Positions 11,900 through 21,875 of a DNA stretch of 41,023 nucleotides are shown one piece after another. Both the position numbers and the translations under genes were made by a program. Source of the DNA: Candidatus Caldatribacterium oleiphilum. GTDB taxonomy: Bacteria; Atribacterota; Atribacteria; Atribacterales; Caldatribacteriaceae. The stretch lies in contig JACIZN010000001.1 of NCBI GenBank assembly GCA_014359405.1, forward strand, positions 1 to 41,023. Reading direction: 5' to 3'. How positions within the stretch are numbered: position 1 is the first letter of the stretch; each line of letters opens with the position of its first letter. A model generated the notes under the pieces. The model saw nothing but the letters and a program-made list of their open reading frames with translations, searched no databases and was not told the DNA's origin.

Positions 11900-13450
11900 A
11901 TGCAGGAGAGCAGGCTCTTCAAAAACACTGTAGTCGTTGGTCTTGGGACGTTACTCTCACGAGTTTCGGGTCTTCTCAGGGAAATCCTTATATCTTCCTT
12001 CTTTGGGGCCACCTGGGTCACCGACGCATTCCTTCTTGCGTACACAATACCGAATCTTCTGCGGCGGCTTTTTGCCGAGGGTGCCCTGAGTACTTCTGTT
12101 GTTCCTGTGTTCTCTGAGTACTTTGCTTCCTCCCCTCGAAAGAAGGACCCTCAAAACTTCGTTTCTTCCGTATTCAGCGGTTTCACCTTCATCGTGGGCC
12201 TTGTGTGCCTTTTTGGCATCCTTTTTTCCCCGTGGATTGTCCGTCTTGCCGCCATTGGCTTTCGGGATGATGCGGCGAAGTTTCTCTTTACCGTCCACTC
12301 AACGCAAATCATGTTCCCCTTTTTGCTCCTCATCTCCTGGTCGGCGCTCCTTATGGGCTTTCTGAACACTCTCAATATCTTCAGCTGGCCCGCAGTGGCT
12401 CCCTTTTTCTTCAACCTGGGGACAATTGTGAGCCTCCTTTTTCTGCGGAAATCCTTTGGTCCCTATGCCCTTGCTTTCGGGGTGATTCTTGGGGGTCTCT
12501 GGCAATTCCTCTTTCAGATTCCTCCTCTCGGACGGAAAGGCTTCCTGCTCCGGGTGAACTTTCGGTTCTGGGAGGACGAAGGGTTCCAGAAGGTTCTCCA
12601 CCTGATGCTCCCGGTCACCTTTTCTCTTGCCGTCTCCCAGGTGAACACTCTGGTGGACCGGATTGTTGCCTCCCTCTGCCGGGAGGGCGCTGTATCCGCC
12701 CTCTACTTTTCCGATCGCCTCATGGAATTTCCTCTTGGAGTGTTTGGGGTTGCCCTTTCGATTGCCGTTTTACCACCTCTCTCGCAGAGTGTGTGGGCGG
12801 GAGACACCGAAGAGTGGAAGAGGACTTTCTGGCAAGGAGTACGATGGGTCTTATTTTTCATGCTCCCTGCGGTGGTTTTCCTCATGACCTTTCCGCTTCC
12901 TCTTGTTGCCCTTGTGTACCGGCGAGGAATGTTCGACGCCCTGGCTGCGGACATGACGGCTTTAGCCCTCTTCTACTATGCCCCTGGGCTTGTCTTTTTT
13001 GCCTTGAATCACCTGGTAACTCGAGCCTTCTACTCGCTCCATGATACCCGTACCCCGGTGAAAGTTGGCCTTGCGGCTGTCCTTCTGAACATTGTCCTTG
13101 ACCTGTGGCTGGTGCGATTTTTTGACTTTGGTGGAGTGGCTCTGGCCACATCTCTTGCCGCTTTTTTTCAGTTCGTCTTCCTTGTATACTTTCTACGGCA
13201 GAAGGTTGAGGACTTTTCTCTTTTTCCTTCAGGGCGATGGTTTCTCAAGGGAGCCATGCAAATTGGAATATTTACGGCGTGTTGTCTGTCTCTAAAAAGA
13301 ATGATACCTTATGCTTCCTCTTTTGAGTTTGTGCTCATCCTCTGTTTCCTTGGGGGGCTTTACCTTGCGCTTCCCTTTCTTCTCAAAATGGATGAGAGGA
13401 GAGCTATCTTAGCGGTTCTTGGAGATTTTCGAAGGAGCGGAGGGTCCTGA
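11900..13450 (+). CDS. murJ: Lipid II flippase MurJ (MviN)
   Basis: [47 protein letters not shown]; ATG 11900 after SD GAGGAG. Confidence 0.95.
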   Translation: MQESRLFKNTVVVGLGTLLSRVSGLLREILISSFFGATWVTDAFLLAYTIPNLLRRLFAEGALSTSVVPVFSEYFASSPRKKDPQNFVSSVFSGFTFIVGLVCLFGILFSPWIVRLAAIGFRDDAAKFLFTVHSTQIMFPFLLLISWSALLMGFLNTLNIFSWPAVAPFFFNLGTIVSLLFLRKSFGPYALAFGVILGGLWQFLFQIPPLGRKGFLLRVNFRFWEDEGFQKVLHLMLPVTFSLAVSQVNTLVDRIVASLCREGAVSALYFSDRLMEFPLGVFGVALSIAVLPPLSQSVWAGDTEEWKRTFWQGVRWVLFFMLPAVVFLMTFPLPLVALVYRRGMFDALAADMTALALFYYAPGLVFFALNHLVTRAFYSLHDTRTPVKVGLAAVLLNIVLDLWLVRFFDFGGVALATSLAAFFQFVFLVYFLRQKVEDFSLFPSGRWFLKGAMQIGIFTACCLSLKRMIPYASSFEFVLILCFLGGLYLALPFLLKMDERRAILAVLGDFRRSGGS

Positions 13451-13454
13451 AGCG

Positions 13455-15257
13455 GTGGAAAGAGAAAATATTCGAAATTTCTGCATTATAGCCCATATCG
13501 ATCATGGTAAGTCTACGTTGGCTGACCGGATTCTCGAGCTCTGCAACGCGGTGCCCAAGAAACGGATGCGGGAGCAGTTTCTCGACCGCATGGACCTTGA
13601 GCGGGAACGGGGCATCACAATTAAGGCAAAGGCGGTTCGTCTCCAGTACGTTTCCCGAAAAACCGGAAAAATCTACCTCTTCCACCTCATCGATACTCCT
13701 GGCCATGCTGATTTCAGCTACGAAGTCTCAAGAAGCCTTGCCGCCTGTGAGGGGGCTATCCTTCTTGTCGATGCTTCCCAGGGCGTGGAGGCGCAGACAC
13801 TTGCCCATGCCCGTCTTGCCCTTGAGCAGGGATTGACCATTCTTCCGGTCATTAACAAGATCGACCTTCCCTCTGCTGATCCCGAGAGAGCCATGCGGGA
13901 GGTCGATACCCTTCTTGGGGCGGATCATCTCCCTTACACCCTGGTGAGCGCAAAACACGGAGTTGGAGTTGAAGAGCTCCTTGAGCGAATTGTAGAGTTT
14001 GTTCCTCCTCCCCAGGGTAGGGAAGAAGGTCCTCTCAGAGCGCTCATCTTTGACTCCACGTACGATCCTTACCGGGGGGTTCTGCCTTTTGTCCGGGTTG
14101 TTGACGGTGTCATCCGCAGGGGAATGAAAATTCGCATGTTCTCCACGGGGAAAGAGTTCGAGGTGACTGCGGTTGGTGTTTTTGCCCCCGATATGCAGGA
14201 GGTGGAGTCCCTCGGTCCAGGTGAAGTGGGGTACCTTGCCTGCAACATTAAGAACGTTCAGGACAGCCGGGTGGGGGACACTATCACCTCGGCGGTTTCT
14301 CCTGCTCCCTGTCCGATTCCGGGCTACCGGAAAGTCAAGCCCATGGTCTTTTGCAGTTTCTACCCCGTGGAGTACGAGAGTTACGAGAATCTCAAGGAGG
14401 CCCTTGAGAAGCTCCAGCTGAACGATGCGTCTTTGGTTTTTGAACCCGATTTCTCGGAGGCTTTGGGATTTGGTTTCCGATGTGGGTTTTTGGGATTACT
14501 CCACATGGAGATTGTCCAGGAGCGGATTGAGCGGGAGTTCGGAATTGAGGTCGTTGCAACGGCACCTCACGTTGTGTACCAGGTACTGACGAAAAAGGGG
14601 GAGGTTCTCGAGGTCCGTTCTCCCAAGGACTTTCCTCCTCTGGGGGAAATCGAGGAGGCCGAGGAACCCTATGTGACGGCAAAGATTGTCGTTCCATCGG
14701 CGTACCTTGGAGGCATTATGGAGCTCTGTCAGTCCCGGAGAGGAGTTTTCAAGGACATGCTCTTCATGGACGAGAACACCGTTCTTCTCACCTACGAACT
14801 TCCGATGGCTGAGATTCTGCTCGACTTCTATGACCGTCTGAAGGCGATAAGTCGCGGGTACGCCAGTTTCGACTACGAATTTGCCGGGTATCGTCCGGCA
14901 AATCTCGTACGGGTGGATATCCTCGTCAATAAGGAACGGGTGGATGGTCTCTCCTTCATTGCCTGTCAGGAGAATGCGTACTACAGGGCACGGGAACTTG
15001 TAGGGAAGCTCAAGGAAATCATCCCCCGTCAGCTCTTCGTGGTTTCCATTCAGGCTGCCATAGGAGGCAAAGTCATTGCCCGGGAGGATATCCCAGCTCT
15101 CCGGAAAGATGTCCTCCAGAAATGTTACGGGGGAGATGTGACCCGCAAGCGGAAGCTCCTTGAGAAGCAAAAAGAGGGAAAGAAGAGGATGAAAGCCATT
15201 GGAAAAGTCCGTATTCCTCAGGAAGCCTTTCTTGCGGTTTTAAAGACCGGATCGTGA
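13455..15257 (+). CDS. lepA: Translation elongation factor 4 (LepA)
   Basis: [59 protein letters not shown]; GTG 13455 after SD GGAGG. Confidence 0.98.
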   Translation: MERENIRNFCIIAHIDHGKSTLADRILELCNAVPKKRMREQFLDRMDLERERGITIKAKAVRLQYVSRKTGKIYLFHLIDTPGHADFSYEVSRSLAACEGAILLVDASQGVEAQTLAHARLALEQGLTILPVINKIDLPSADPERAMREVDTLLGADHLPYTLVSAKHGVGVEELLERIVEFVPPPQGREEGPLRALIFDSTYDPYRGVLPFVRVVDGVIRRGMKIRMFSTGKEFEVTAVGVFAPDMQEVESLGPGEVGYLACNIKNVQDSRVGDTITSAVSPAPCPIPGYRKVKPMVFCSFYPVEYESYENLKEALEKLQLNDASLVFEPDFSEALGFGFRCGFLGLLHMEIVQERIEREFGIEVVATAPHVVYQVLTKKGEVLEVRSPKDFPPLGEIEEAEEPYVTAKIVVPSAYLGGIMELCQSRRGVFKDMLFMDENTVLLTYELPMAEILLDFYDRLKAISRGYASFDYEFAGYRPANLVRVDILVNKERVDGLSFIACQENAYYRARELVGKLKEIIPRQLFVVSIQAAIGGKVIAREDIPALRKDVLQKCYGGDVTRKRKLLEKQKEGKKRMKAIGKVRIPQEAFLAVLKTGS

Positions 15258-16411
15258 ACGCCCTTGGTCTTTACGTTCACATCCCCTTTTGTCTGAAGCG
15301 ATGCGCGTACTGCGATTTTGTCTCTTATCCCTGGCAGGGAGAGGGAAGGGAATTTGTTGGCCTCCTCCTTAAGGAGCTTGACCTCCGGGTAACGCATTCG
15401 AGTATCGAGGGAAGAGAAATCCAGAGTGTCTACTTCGGCGGAGGTACTCCATCGCTTCTTGAGCCATCACTTCTTGGGGATTTCCTCAAGGTCCTTCGGG
15501 AAAGATTCACCCTTTCTCTTCCTCTTGAGGTGACTCTTGAAGCAAACCCGGAAACTGTAACCCTCGAGAAGCTCCGAAAATGGAGGGATGCTGGTATTAC
15601 TCGCTTAAGCATCGGGGTTCAGACCTTTCAGCCTCGGTACCTCCTTTTCCTTGGTCGCTCGACGTCACTTGCAAGGATTCGCATGAGCCTTGACATGGTT
15701 CGAAAAGAAGAGTGGAAGAATTGGAACATCGACCTCATATACGGTCTTCCCCTTGAGGATTTCGATACCTGGCAGAAGGACGTTGAAGAGGCTCTCCGGT
15801 ATGCTCCTCCCCACATTTCCGTGTACAACCTGACCCTGGAGCCTCGGGTGCCTTTGGCCTCTTTTTTCCGCCGCCACCGCAGGCTTTTCCCTTCTTTTGA
15901 TGCGCAGTCGTACCTCTTTCGTCTGGCCGAGAGGAAGCTAACCGAGGCGGGATACCTCCATTACGAGGTCTCAAACTTTGCCTTTCCAGGTTTTGAATGC
16001 CGCCACAATCTTCTCTACTGGAGAAACGGCGAGTACATAGGTCTTGGACCTTCGGCGTGGACACATCTTGGGGGGAAGCGCCAGAAAAACGCGGATTCTT
16101 TGCGTACGTATTCCCGGATGCTTCAAGAAAAGAAACTCCCGGTTGTCTTTGAAGAGGAGCTCTCCGGAGAGGCAAAAAAGCTTGAGGATATCATGCTCCT
16201 TCTGCGAACAAACCAGGGAGTTCCTCTCTCTTTTCTCTCCTCTCCAGAGTGGGGAGAGGTCCTTCGGGAATTTCTCGAGAGAGGGCTACTCTTCGTGCAG
16301 GGAGAACGTCTCTACCCCTCCTCCTCTGGGTTTCTGCTCCTGCACCAGATACTCCTTGAGATGCTTGATAGGAGGAATTGCTCCGGAGGGGAAACCACGA
16401 CCTTGCGGTAA
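15254..16411 (+). CDS. hemW: Radical SAM heme chaperone HemW (HemN-like)
   Basis: [36 protein letters not shown]; follows lepA. Confidence 0.92.
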   Translation: MNALGLYVHIPFCLKRCAYCDFVSYPWQGEGREFVGLLLKELDLRVTHSSIEGREIQSVYFGGGTPSLLEPSLLGDFLKVLRERFTLSLPLEVTLEANPETVTLEKLRKWRDAGITRLSIGVQTFQPRYLLFLGRSTSLARIRMSLDMVRKEEWKNWNIDLIYGLPLEDFDTWQKDVEEALRYAPPHISVYNLTLEPRVPLASFFRRHRRLFPSFDAQSYLFRLAERKLTEAGYLHYEVSNFAFPGFECRHNLLYWRNGEYIGLGPSAWTHLGGKRQKNADSLRTYSRMLQEKKLPVVFEEELSGEAKKLEDIMLLLRTNQGVPLSFLSSPEWGEVLREFLERGLLFVQGERLYPSSSGFLLLHQILLEMLDRRNCSGGETTTLR

Positions 16412-16454
16412 CCCTGAGACATTGCAAGTCCTTCCCGTTTGTCACCACCTACCC

Positions 16455-16483
16455 TTGACTTTGGGGAAAGAGTTGTCTATTTT
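16455..16483 (+). promoter_or_regulatory. Promoter of rhomboid-CBS-pgk unit (probably leaderless)
   Basis: TTGACT-17 nt-TATTTT, then 6 nt, then ATG 16490; no SD. Confidence 0.6.
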
Positions 16484-16489
16484 TAAGCC

Positions 16490-17176
16490 ATGATTCCGAT
16501 TCGAGATGAACTGCCGACCCGACGCTTTCCGATTGTTACGGTTCTTCTCATCCTCGTGAACACTGTAGTTTTCTTTTACGAGGTGGGACTTGGCCCAGAA
16601 CGAGAGCTTTTTTTCTTTAAGGCTGGTCTTGTTCCAGCTCTTTTCTGGGGCAAGGTTCATATGCTCCGGGCCTCTCCCTCCTTCCCTTTGCTGACCCTTG
16701 TCACCTCCATGTTCCTCCACGGGAGTTTCTTCCATCTTCTCTCGAACATGTGGTATCTCTGGATTTTTGGAAACAACGTGGAGGATTTCCTGGGACGGTG
16801 GCAGTTCATACTCTTTTACCTTGGATGTGGCTGTGTGGCCGGGTTGTCCCATGCCCTTGTCTTCCCAACATCTCTTGTTCCCACAGTGGGCGCGAGTGGT
16901 GCTATTGCGGGGGTCATGGGAGGGTACTTTCTTCTCTTTCCTGGTGCCCGAATTATCACCCTCGTTTTCTGGGGATTTTTCGTACAGCTTTTGCGAGTTC
17001 CTGCAGTGGTTTACTTGGGTTTCTGGATTCTCCTGCAAATTTTCTACGCCCTTGTGTCCTTGGGTTTCCCGGGCTATGGAGGTGTGGCATGGTTTGCCCA
17101 CGTGAGCGGCTTTGTTGCCGGAGCGTTATGGTGTAAAATTATAGCCTCAAGGACGTATCGGAGGATATACTGGTAG
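16490..17176 (+). CDS. Rhomboid family intramembrane serine protease
   Basis: MIPIRD start, TSMFLHG..HL..NM, GASGA catalytic Ser, AWFAHVSGF catalytic His. Confidence 0.95.
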   Translation: MIPIRDELPTRRFPIVTVLLILVNTVVFFYEVGLGPERELFFFKAGLVPALFWGKVHMLRASPSFPLLTLVTSMFLHGSFFHLLSNMWYLWIFGNNVEDFLGRWQFILFYLGCGCVAGLSHALVFPTSLVPTVGASGAIAGVMGGYFLLFPGARIITLVFWGFFVQLLRVPAVVYLGFWILLQIFYALVSLGFPGYGGVAWFAHVSGFVAGALWCKIIASRTYRRIYW

Positions 17177-17186
17177 TCGAGGGGGA

Positions 17187-17627
17187 ATGGCGGTGCTGGT
17201 AGAAGAAATCATGCTCCCTGAAGTTCCCACGGTTAGCGATTTCGATACGGTGGGGGATGTGCTCAATTTCATGATCCGCCGTAAAGTGAACGGCGTTCCC
17301 GTTGTGGACCTTGAGCAGCGCCTTATTGGATACTTTTCGGCTCAGACCTTCTTTCAGCAACTCCTCGAGGAAGCCCAAAAGGATCTCCCTCTTTTTGGAA
17401 ATCTCATGAGCGCCATTCGGGAGAAGCTGCGAGATTTCGCCAAGCGCGAGGTCTCAGAGTTTATGGCTGAAGACGTGGAGTACCTGTCGGCAGAGGATGA
17501 CATTGAGGATGCTCTGGATCTCCTTCAGACGGCCAACATTGACCTTATTCCGGTCGTGAAAGAGGGACGAGTGGTGGGAGTTGTGAACCGAGTCCGGGTA
17601 CTCCAGGCGTTCCTTGAAACCAAGTGA
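17187..17627 (+). CDS. Tandem CBS-domain protein
   Basis: VEEIM...GVPVVD...LIG and VSEFM...LIPVV...VVGVV CBS pair; SD GAGGGG. Confidence 0.85.
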   Translation: MAVLVEEIMLPEVPTVSDFDTVGDVLNFMIRRKVNGVPVVDLEQRLIGYFSAQTFFQQLLEEAQKDLPLFGNLMSAIREKLRDFAKREVSEFMAEDVEYLSAEDDIEDALDLLQTANIDLIPVVKEGRVVGVVNRVRVLQAFLETK

Positions 17628-17642
17628 GTGGAGGTGGATGGG

Positions 17643-18836
17643 ATGAATAAAAAGACTATACGGGATATTCCGGAAGGGGAACTGCGAGGGAAGAGAGTTC
17701 TTGTGCGGGTGGATTTCAACGTGCCGCTTGATGAGAATCGGAACATCACCGATGACACGAGGATTGTGGAGAGCCTGCCCACGATTCGGTACCTCATCGA
17801 GCGGGGAGCCAGGGTCATTCTCGTTTCCCATTTGGGTCGGCCCAAGGGGAAGCCCAAGGACGAACTCCGAATGGATCCAATTGCGAAGAGGCTTGAGGAG
17901 CTTTTGGGACGGAAGGTTGTAAAGGTCAACGACTGCATTGGAGAGGAAGTAAAGCAGGCGGTGGCTCAGCTCAAAGATGGCGATGTGCTCCTTCTTGAGA
18001 ATATTCGTTTCTATCCCGAGGAGGAGGCAAACGACGAGAACTTTGCGCGGGCTCTTGCAGAACTTGCCGATATCTACGTGAATGATGCTTTTGGAGCTGC
18101 CCATCGAGCCCATGCTTCTACCGCAGGAGTGGCAAAGTTTCTGCCGGCTTACGCGGGATTCCTGATGGAGAAGGAACTCGAAGCCCTGGGCGAGAAGCTC
18201 AACAATCCCGTTCGTCCCTTCCTTGCCATTCTTGGTGGAGCGAAGGTTTCGAGTAAAATTGGGGTTCTGCGGAAACTCCTTGAGAAGGTTGACGTCCTCC
18301 TTGTGGGGGGAGGCATGGCATATACCTTCATCAAAGCTATAGGGTATGAGGTTGGAAAGTCACTTCTTGAGGAAAGCATGATCGAAGAGGCCCGACAGAT
18401 TCTTGAAACCGCCAAGGCAAAAGGTGTGCGTTTTGAACTCCCAGAGGACTTCGTTGTTGCCCCAGAAGGGAAGGAAGGAGTCGAGACGAAGGTTGTCGAC
18501 TGGGATAAGATTCCTCCTGACATGGGAGGTTTCGATATCGGTCCAAAGACTATCGAGAAGTTTGGAGAGTACATAAAGGAAGCCAAGACCATTTTCTGGA
18601 ACGGTCCTTTGGGTCTTTTTGAAGTCGATCTCTTTGCCCGCGGGACGGTGGAGATTGCAAAGAAAGTTGCAGAAAGTGGAGCGATTGTCGTTGTGGGCGG
18701 TGGTGATACCGTAGCGGCCATTAAGAAGGCCGGTGTGGAAGGAAAAATCACCCACATATCGACCGGTGGGGGAGCATCCCTTGAGTTCGTCGAGGGGAGA
18801 CCGCTTCCCGGAGTTGAGGTTCTCCTTGATAAGTGA
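17643..18836 (+). CDS. pgk: Phosphoglycerate kinase
   Basis: [43 protein letters not shown]; ATG 17643 after SD GGAGGT. Confidence 0.98.
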   Translation: MNKKTIRDIPEGELRGKRVLVRVDFNVPLDENRNITDDTRIVESLPTIRYLIERGARVILVSHLGRPKGKPKDELRMDPIAKRLEELLGRKVVKVNDCIGEEVKQAVAQLKDGDVLLLENIRFYPEEEANDENFARALAELADIYVNDAFGAAHRAHASTAGVAKFLPAYAGFLMEKELEALGEKLNNPVRPFLAILGGAKVSSKIGVLRKLLEKVDVLLVGGGMAYTFIKAIGYEVGKSLLEESMIEEARQILETAKAKGVRFELPEDFVVAPEGKEGVETKVVDWDKIPPDMGGFDIGPKTIEKFGEYIKEAKTIFWNGPLGLFEVDLFARGTVEIAKKVAESGAIVVVGGGDTVAAIKKAGVEGKITHISTGGGASLEFVEGRPLPGVEVLLDK

Positions 18837-19286
18837 TTACCGATCCAGGAACTCCTGGCAGAGCTTTTGAATCCTCTGCCAGTGGGTTCCTGGCCAGAAC
18901 GTTCTCTGGCACAGAGGGCATTGCTTGAAGTTCGTAAAACTCAGGGCGACAAAGAGGGGTACGTTTCTGCGAGCCTCTTCTTGAGAGATGTCAAGGAGGG
19001 TCTCATTGCAGAATGGGCAACGTGGGGGAAGGGGAAAGGTGAGGTGAAAGGTCTTTTTCAGCTCAAGGAGCTGCTCAGGAAGGGTTTCGGAAACCACGAA
19101 GTAGGCCCATTCTTTTCCGGAGGCAGCGAGAGCTCTGTCCTTTGTGAGAAGGATTCTCTTCTCAAGAAGGGCAATGGCAAGGAGTTTCTTATCCTCGAGA
19201 TTTCGAAAATACGCAACATCGTACCCCAGGATTCTCAACCATCGTGCGAGCTTACCTAACATGCAGTCAGCGATGAAACGCGTCAT
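18837..19286 (-). CDS. Mut7-C RNase (PIN-like) domain protein with Zn ribbon
   Basis: FIADCMLGKLARWLRILGYD, RILLTKD, RCPFCN...CPLCQRTFWPGTH. Confidence 0.9.
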   Translation of the reverse strand: MTRFIADCMLGKLARWLRILGYDVAYFRNLEDKKLLAIALLEKRILLTKDRALAASGKEWAYFVVSETLPEQLLELKKTFHLTFPLPPRCPFCNETLLDISQEEARRNVPLFVALSFTNFKQCPLCQRTFWPGTHWQRIQKLCQEFLDR

Positions 19287-19296
19287 CTCGAGAGCC

Positions 19297-19324
19297 ATTG
19301 TACCATGTTCCAGGGAGGGAGCAA
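19297..19324 (-). promoter_or_regulatory. Promoter of Mut7-C gene
   Basis: Minus strand TTGCTC-16 nt-TACAAT with extended TG; ATG 19286 is 10 nt downstream. Confidence 0.5.
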
Positions 19325-19337
19325 GGAGGTTTATCCT

Positions 19338-20912
19338 GTGGCTAATGCCAAACCCCCTTATTTTCTTGGTATTGACGTAGGGACACAGGGTCTTCGGAGT
19401 GGCATCTTTGATGCCCGGGGAAACGTTGTGGCTCTTTCCTTCTACTCATACCCTGAGTACCATCCTCGTCCGGGGTGGGCGGAGCAGGACCCTGCGGATT
19501 GGTGGAAGGGTATCCAGGATACGGTGCGGCGTTGCCTCTTTGAGGGGGAGGTGCGTCCAGAAGACATCGCAGCTTTGAGTGTAAGCGCAAGTTCCTGTAC
19601 CGTACTTCCTGTGGACCGGTTTGGAAACCCCAGGTATCGAGCAATTATGTGGATGGATGTGCGGGCCTTCGAGCAGGCGGAGCGTATTAACGCAACGGGG
19701 AATCCTCTCCTTCGGTACGCCGGTGGGCATGAGTCTCCGGAGTGGATGATTCCCAAAGCCCTTTGGCTCAAGGAAAACCTTCCGGATATTTTTGCGAATG
19801 CCGACTACATCGTGGAGGCCCAGAACTGGATTATCTTCAAGCTCACCGATCGCTGGGTTACCTCTCTCAACAACGCCATCTGCAAATGGAATTACTGCCC
19901 TACCGAAGGAGGGTGGCCGATTTCGCTTCTTCGGGACCTCCGCTTTGAGGAGCTCCTCAGTAAGTGGCCGAGGGAGCTCATTCCTGTGGGAGAGAAGGTT
20001 GGAGAGCTCACGAAGCGTGCCGCTTATGAGCTTGGCCTTGTCCCGGGAACTCCGGTCATCCAGGGTGGCATAGATGCTTATGCGGCTATGGTTGGGCTTG
20101 ATGTTGTGCATCCTCAGCGTCTTGCCATGGTCATTGGTCCCTCAACGTGCCACCTGGCGCTCTCTGAAGAACCCATCTTCAGTCCCGGCATTTGGGGTCC
20201 GTACTATGGTGCTGTTCTGCCGAACATGTGGATTCTTGAGGGAGGGCAGAGCTCAACCGGTTCCGTTATCAGGTGGTTTGTGGACAATTTTGCCAGGGAA
20301 GAGTGTGCTCAGGCCTGTGAACTTGGAGAAGACCTTTTTGTCTTCCTTGACAAAATGGTTGCTCAGGTTCCTCCTGGCTCCGATGGCCTTGTGCTCCTTG
20401 ACTACTTCCAGGGTAACCGGAGTCCTTACCAGGATCCCCTTGCAAGAGGAGCCCTCTGGGGTTTGTCCCTGAGTCACACCAAGGCCCATGTGCTCCGAGC
20501 TATATACGAGGGAACTGCTTACGGAACCTACCACATTCTTCAGACTCTGGCTCAATCGGGTTTTGAAGTGGAAGAGATGTACGTGAGTGGTCCAGGAGCT
20601 CGAAGCCGCTTGTGGCTCCAGATTCATGCCGATGTTACCAACATTCCTATTTACCTCACGACTGTAGAGGAAGCGAGTACCCTTGGGACGGCAATCTATG
20701 CCGCTGTAGGTGTGGGGTTCTACGATAGTATCCCAGAAGCCACCCTTAAGATGGTACAGATTTCTGGGCAAATCTATCCAAACCGGGAGAACCACGAGGT
20801 ATACCTTTTCTACTACGACCGGTACATCAGGAGTTACTTCCAGCTCAGGGATTTGATGCACGAGGTTTCAGCGCGGATCGGAGCTTTCCCGAAGACCGGC
20901 GGGAAAAGTTAG
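19338..20912 (+). CDS. FGGY-family carbohydrate kinase (ribulokinase/pentulose kinase-like)
   Basis: LGIDVGTQ, WAEQDP, MWMDVRA, EWMIPK, DYFQGNRSP, WLQIHADV; GTG 19338 after SD AGGAGG. Confidence 0.88.
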   Translation: MANAKPPYFLGIDVGTQGLRSGIFDARGNVVALSFYSYPEYHPRPGWAEQDPADWWKGIQDTVRRCLFEGEVRPEDIAALSVSASSCTVLPVDRFGNPRYRAIMWMDVRAFEQAERINATGNPLLRYAGGHESPEWMIPKALWLKENLPDIFANADYIVEAQNWIIFKLTDRWVTSLNNAICKWNYCPTEGGWPISLLRDLRFEELLSKWPRELIPVGEKVGELTKRAAYELGLVPGTPVIQGGIDAYAAMVGLDVVHPQRLAMVIGPSTCHLALSEEPIFSPGIWGPYYGAVLPNMWILEGGQSSTGSVIRWFVDNFAREECAQACELGEDLFVFLDKMVAQVPPGSDGLVLLDYFQGNRSPYQDPLARGALWGLSLSHTKAHVLRAIYEGTAYGTYHILQTLAQSGFEVEEMYVSGPGARSRLWLQIHADVTNIPIYLTTVEEASTLGTAIYAAVGVGFYDSIPEATLKMVQISGQIYPNRENHEVYLFYYDRYIRSYFQLRDLMHEVSARIGAFPKTGGKS

Positions 20913-20921
20913 CCCTTTTTC

Positions 20922-20950
20922 TTGACAATTCCCTTTCACTTTTCTAAAAT
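20922..20950 (+). promoter_or_regulatory. Sigma70 promoter of rplM-rpsI
   Basis: TTGACA-17 nt-TAAAAT. Confidence 0.88.
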
Positions 20951-20985
20951 TCGGTTTGTCTTTGACTACGTTGGGGGAGAGAACA

Positions 20986-21429
20986 ATGCAGAACAAAACG
21001 TACGTTCCGTCGCCTAAGGGTATCGAGAAAAAATGGTACGTTGTGGATGCAGAGGGTCAAACCCTTGGCCGCTTGGCTTCTCGTATCGCCACTATTCTCA
21101 TGGGCAAGCATAAGAACATTTACGTTCCCTTTTTCGATGTGGGGGATTACGTGATTGTCGTCAATGCTGAGAAGATTCAGGTAACGGGCAAAAAGCTCGA
21201 TCAAAAACTGTACCGCCGGCACAGCGGATATCCTGGAGGGTTCAAAGAGGAGACACTGCGATCTCTTCTGGCGCGGAAGCCGGAGGAGGTCATTCGAAGG
21301 GCGGTCTGGGGGATGATTCCTCACCATCGTCTTGGTCGAAGGATTATCCGGAAACTCAAGGTCTACTGTGGTCCCTCGCATCCCCATGCTGCCCAAAATC
21401 CGGTTCCGCTGCCAATGGGGAGTGAATGA
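20986..21429 (+). CDS. rplM: 50S ribosomal protein L13
   Basis: [40 protein letters not shown]; ATG 20986. Confidence 0.98.
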   Translation: MQNKTYVPSPKGIEKKWYVVDAEGQTLGRLASRIATILMGKHKNIYVPFFDVGDYVIVVNAEKIQVTGKKLDQKLYRRHSGYPGGFKEETLRSLLARKPEEVIRRAVWGMIPHHRLGRRIIRKLKVYCGPSHPHAAQNPVPLPMGSE

Positions 21430-21827
21430 ACGTGAGTGTAGCCGTAAAGTACTATGCAACGGGTAGGAGAAAGACATCGGTTGCCAAGGTCTGGTTGACC
21501 TTAGGAAGCGGTAAGATTACGGTGAACGGACGGAGTCTTGAGGACTACTTCCCCAGGTTGGCCTGGCAGGTACTTGTGCGAAAGCCCCTTGTGCTCACCG
21601 GAACCGAGTCTCGTTTCGACGTTGAGGCAGTGGTCAAGGGTGGAGGTTTAACCGGTCAGGCGGGAGCCTTAGCCCATGGCATTGCTCGGGCTCTGCTTTC
21701 TGTGGACGAGAACCTGAGAAGTGTGCTGAAGAAAGCCGGGCTTCTGACCAGAGACCCGAGGATGAAAGAGCGCAAGAAGTACGGTCAGAGGGCGGCACGA
21801 GCCCGTTTCCAATTCTCGAAACGGTAA
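21426..21827 (+). CDS. rpsI: 30S ribosomal protein S9
   Basis: [33 protein letters not shown]...QFSKR. Confidence 0.99.
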   Translation: MNVSVAVKYYATGRRKTSVAKVWLTLGSGKITVNGRSLEDYFPRLAWQVLVRKPLVLTGTESRFDVEAVVKGGGLTGQAGALAHGIARALLSVDENLRSVLKKAGLLTRDPRMKERKKYGQRAARARFQFSKR

Positions 21828-21832
21828 AGCTC

Positions 21833-21861
21833 AGGGGGTGGCAATGCCACCCCTTTTCTTT
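21833..21861 (+). terminator. Intrinsic terminator after rpsI
   Basis: GGGGTGGC-AAT-GCCACCCC-TTTTCTTT. Confidence 0.85.
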
Positions 21862-21875
21862 CTGAGGTGGCCCTC

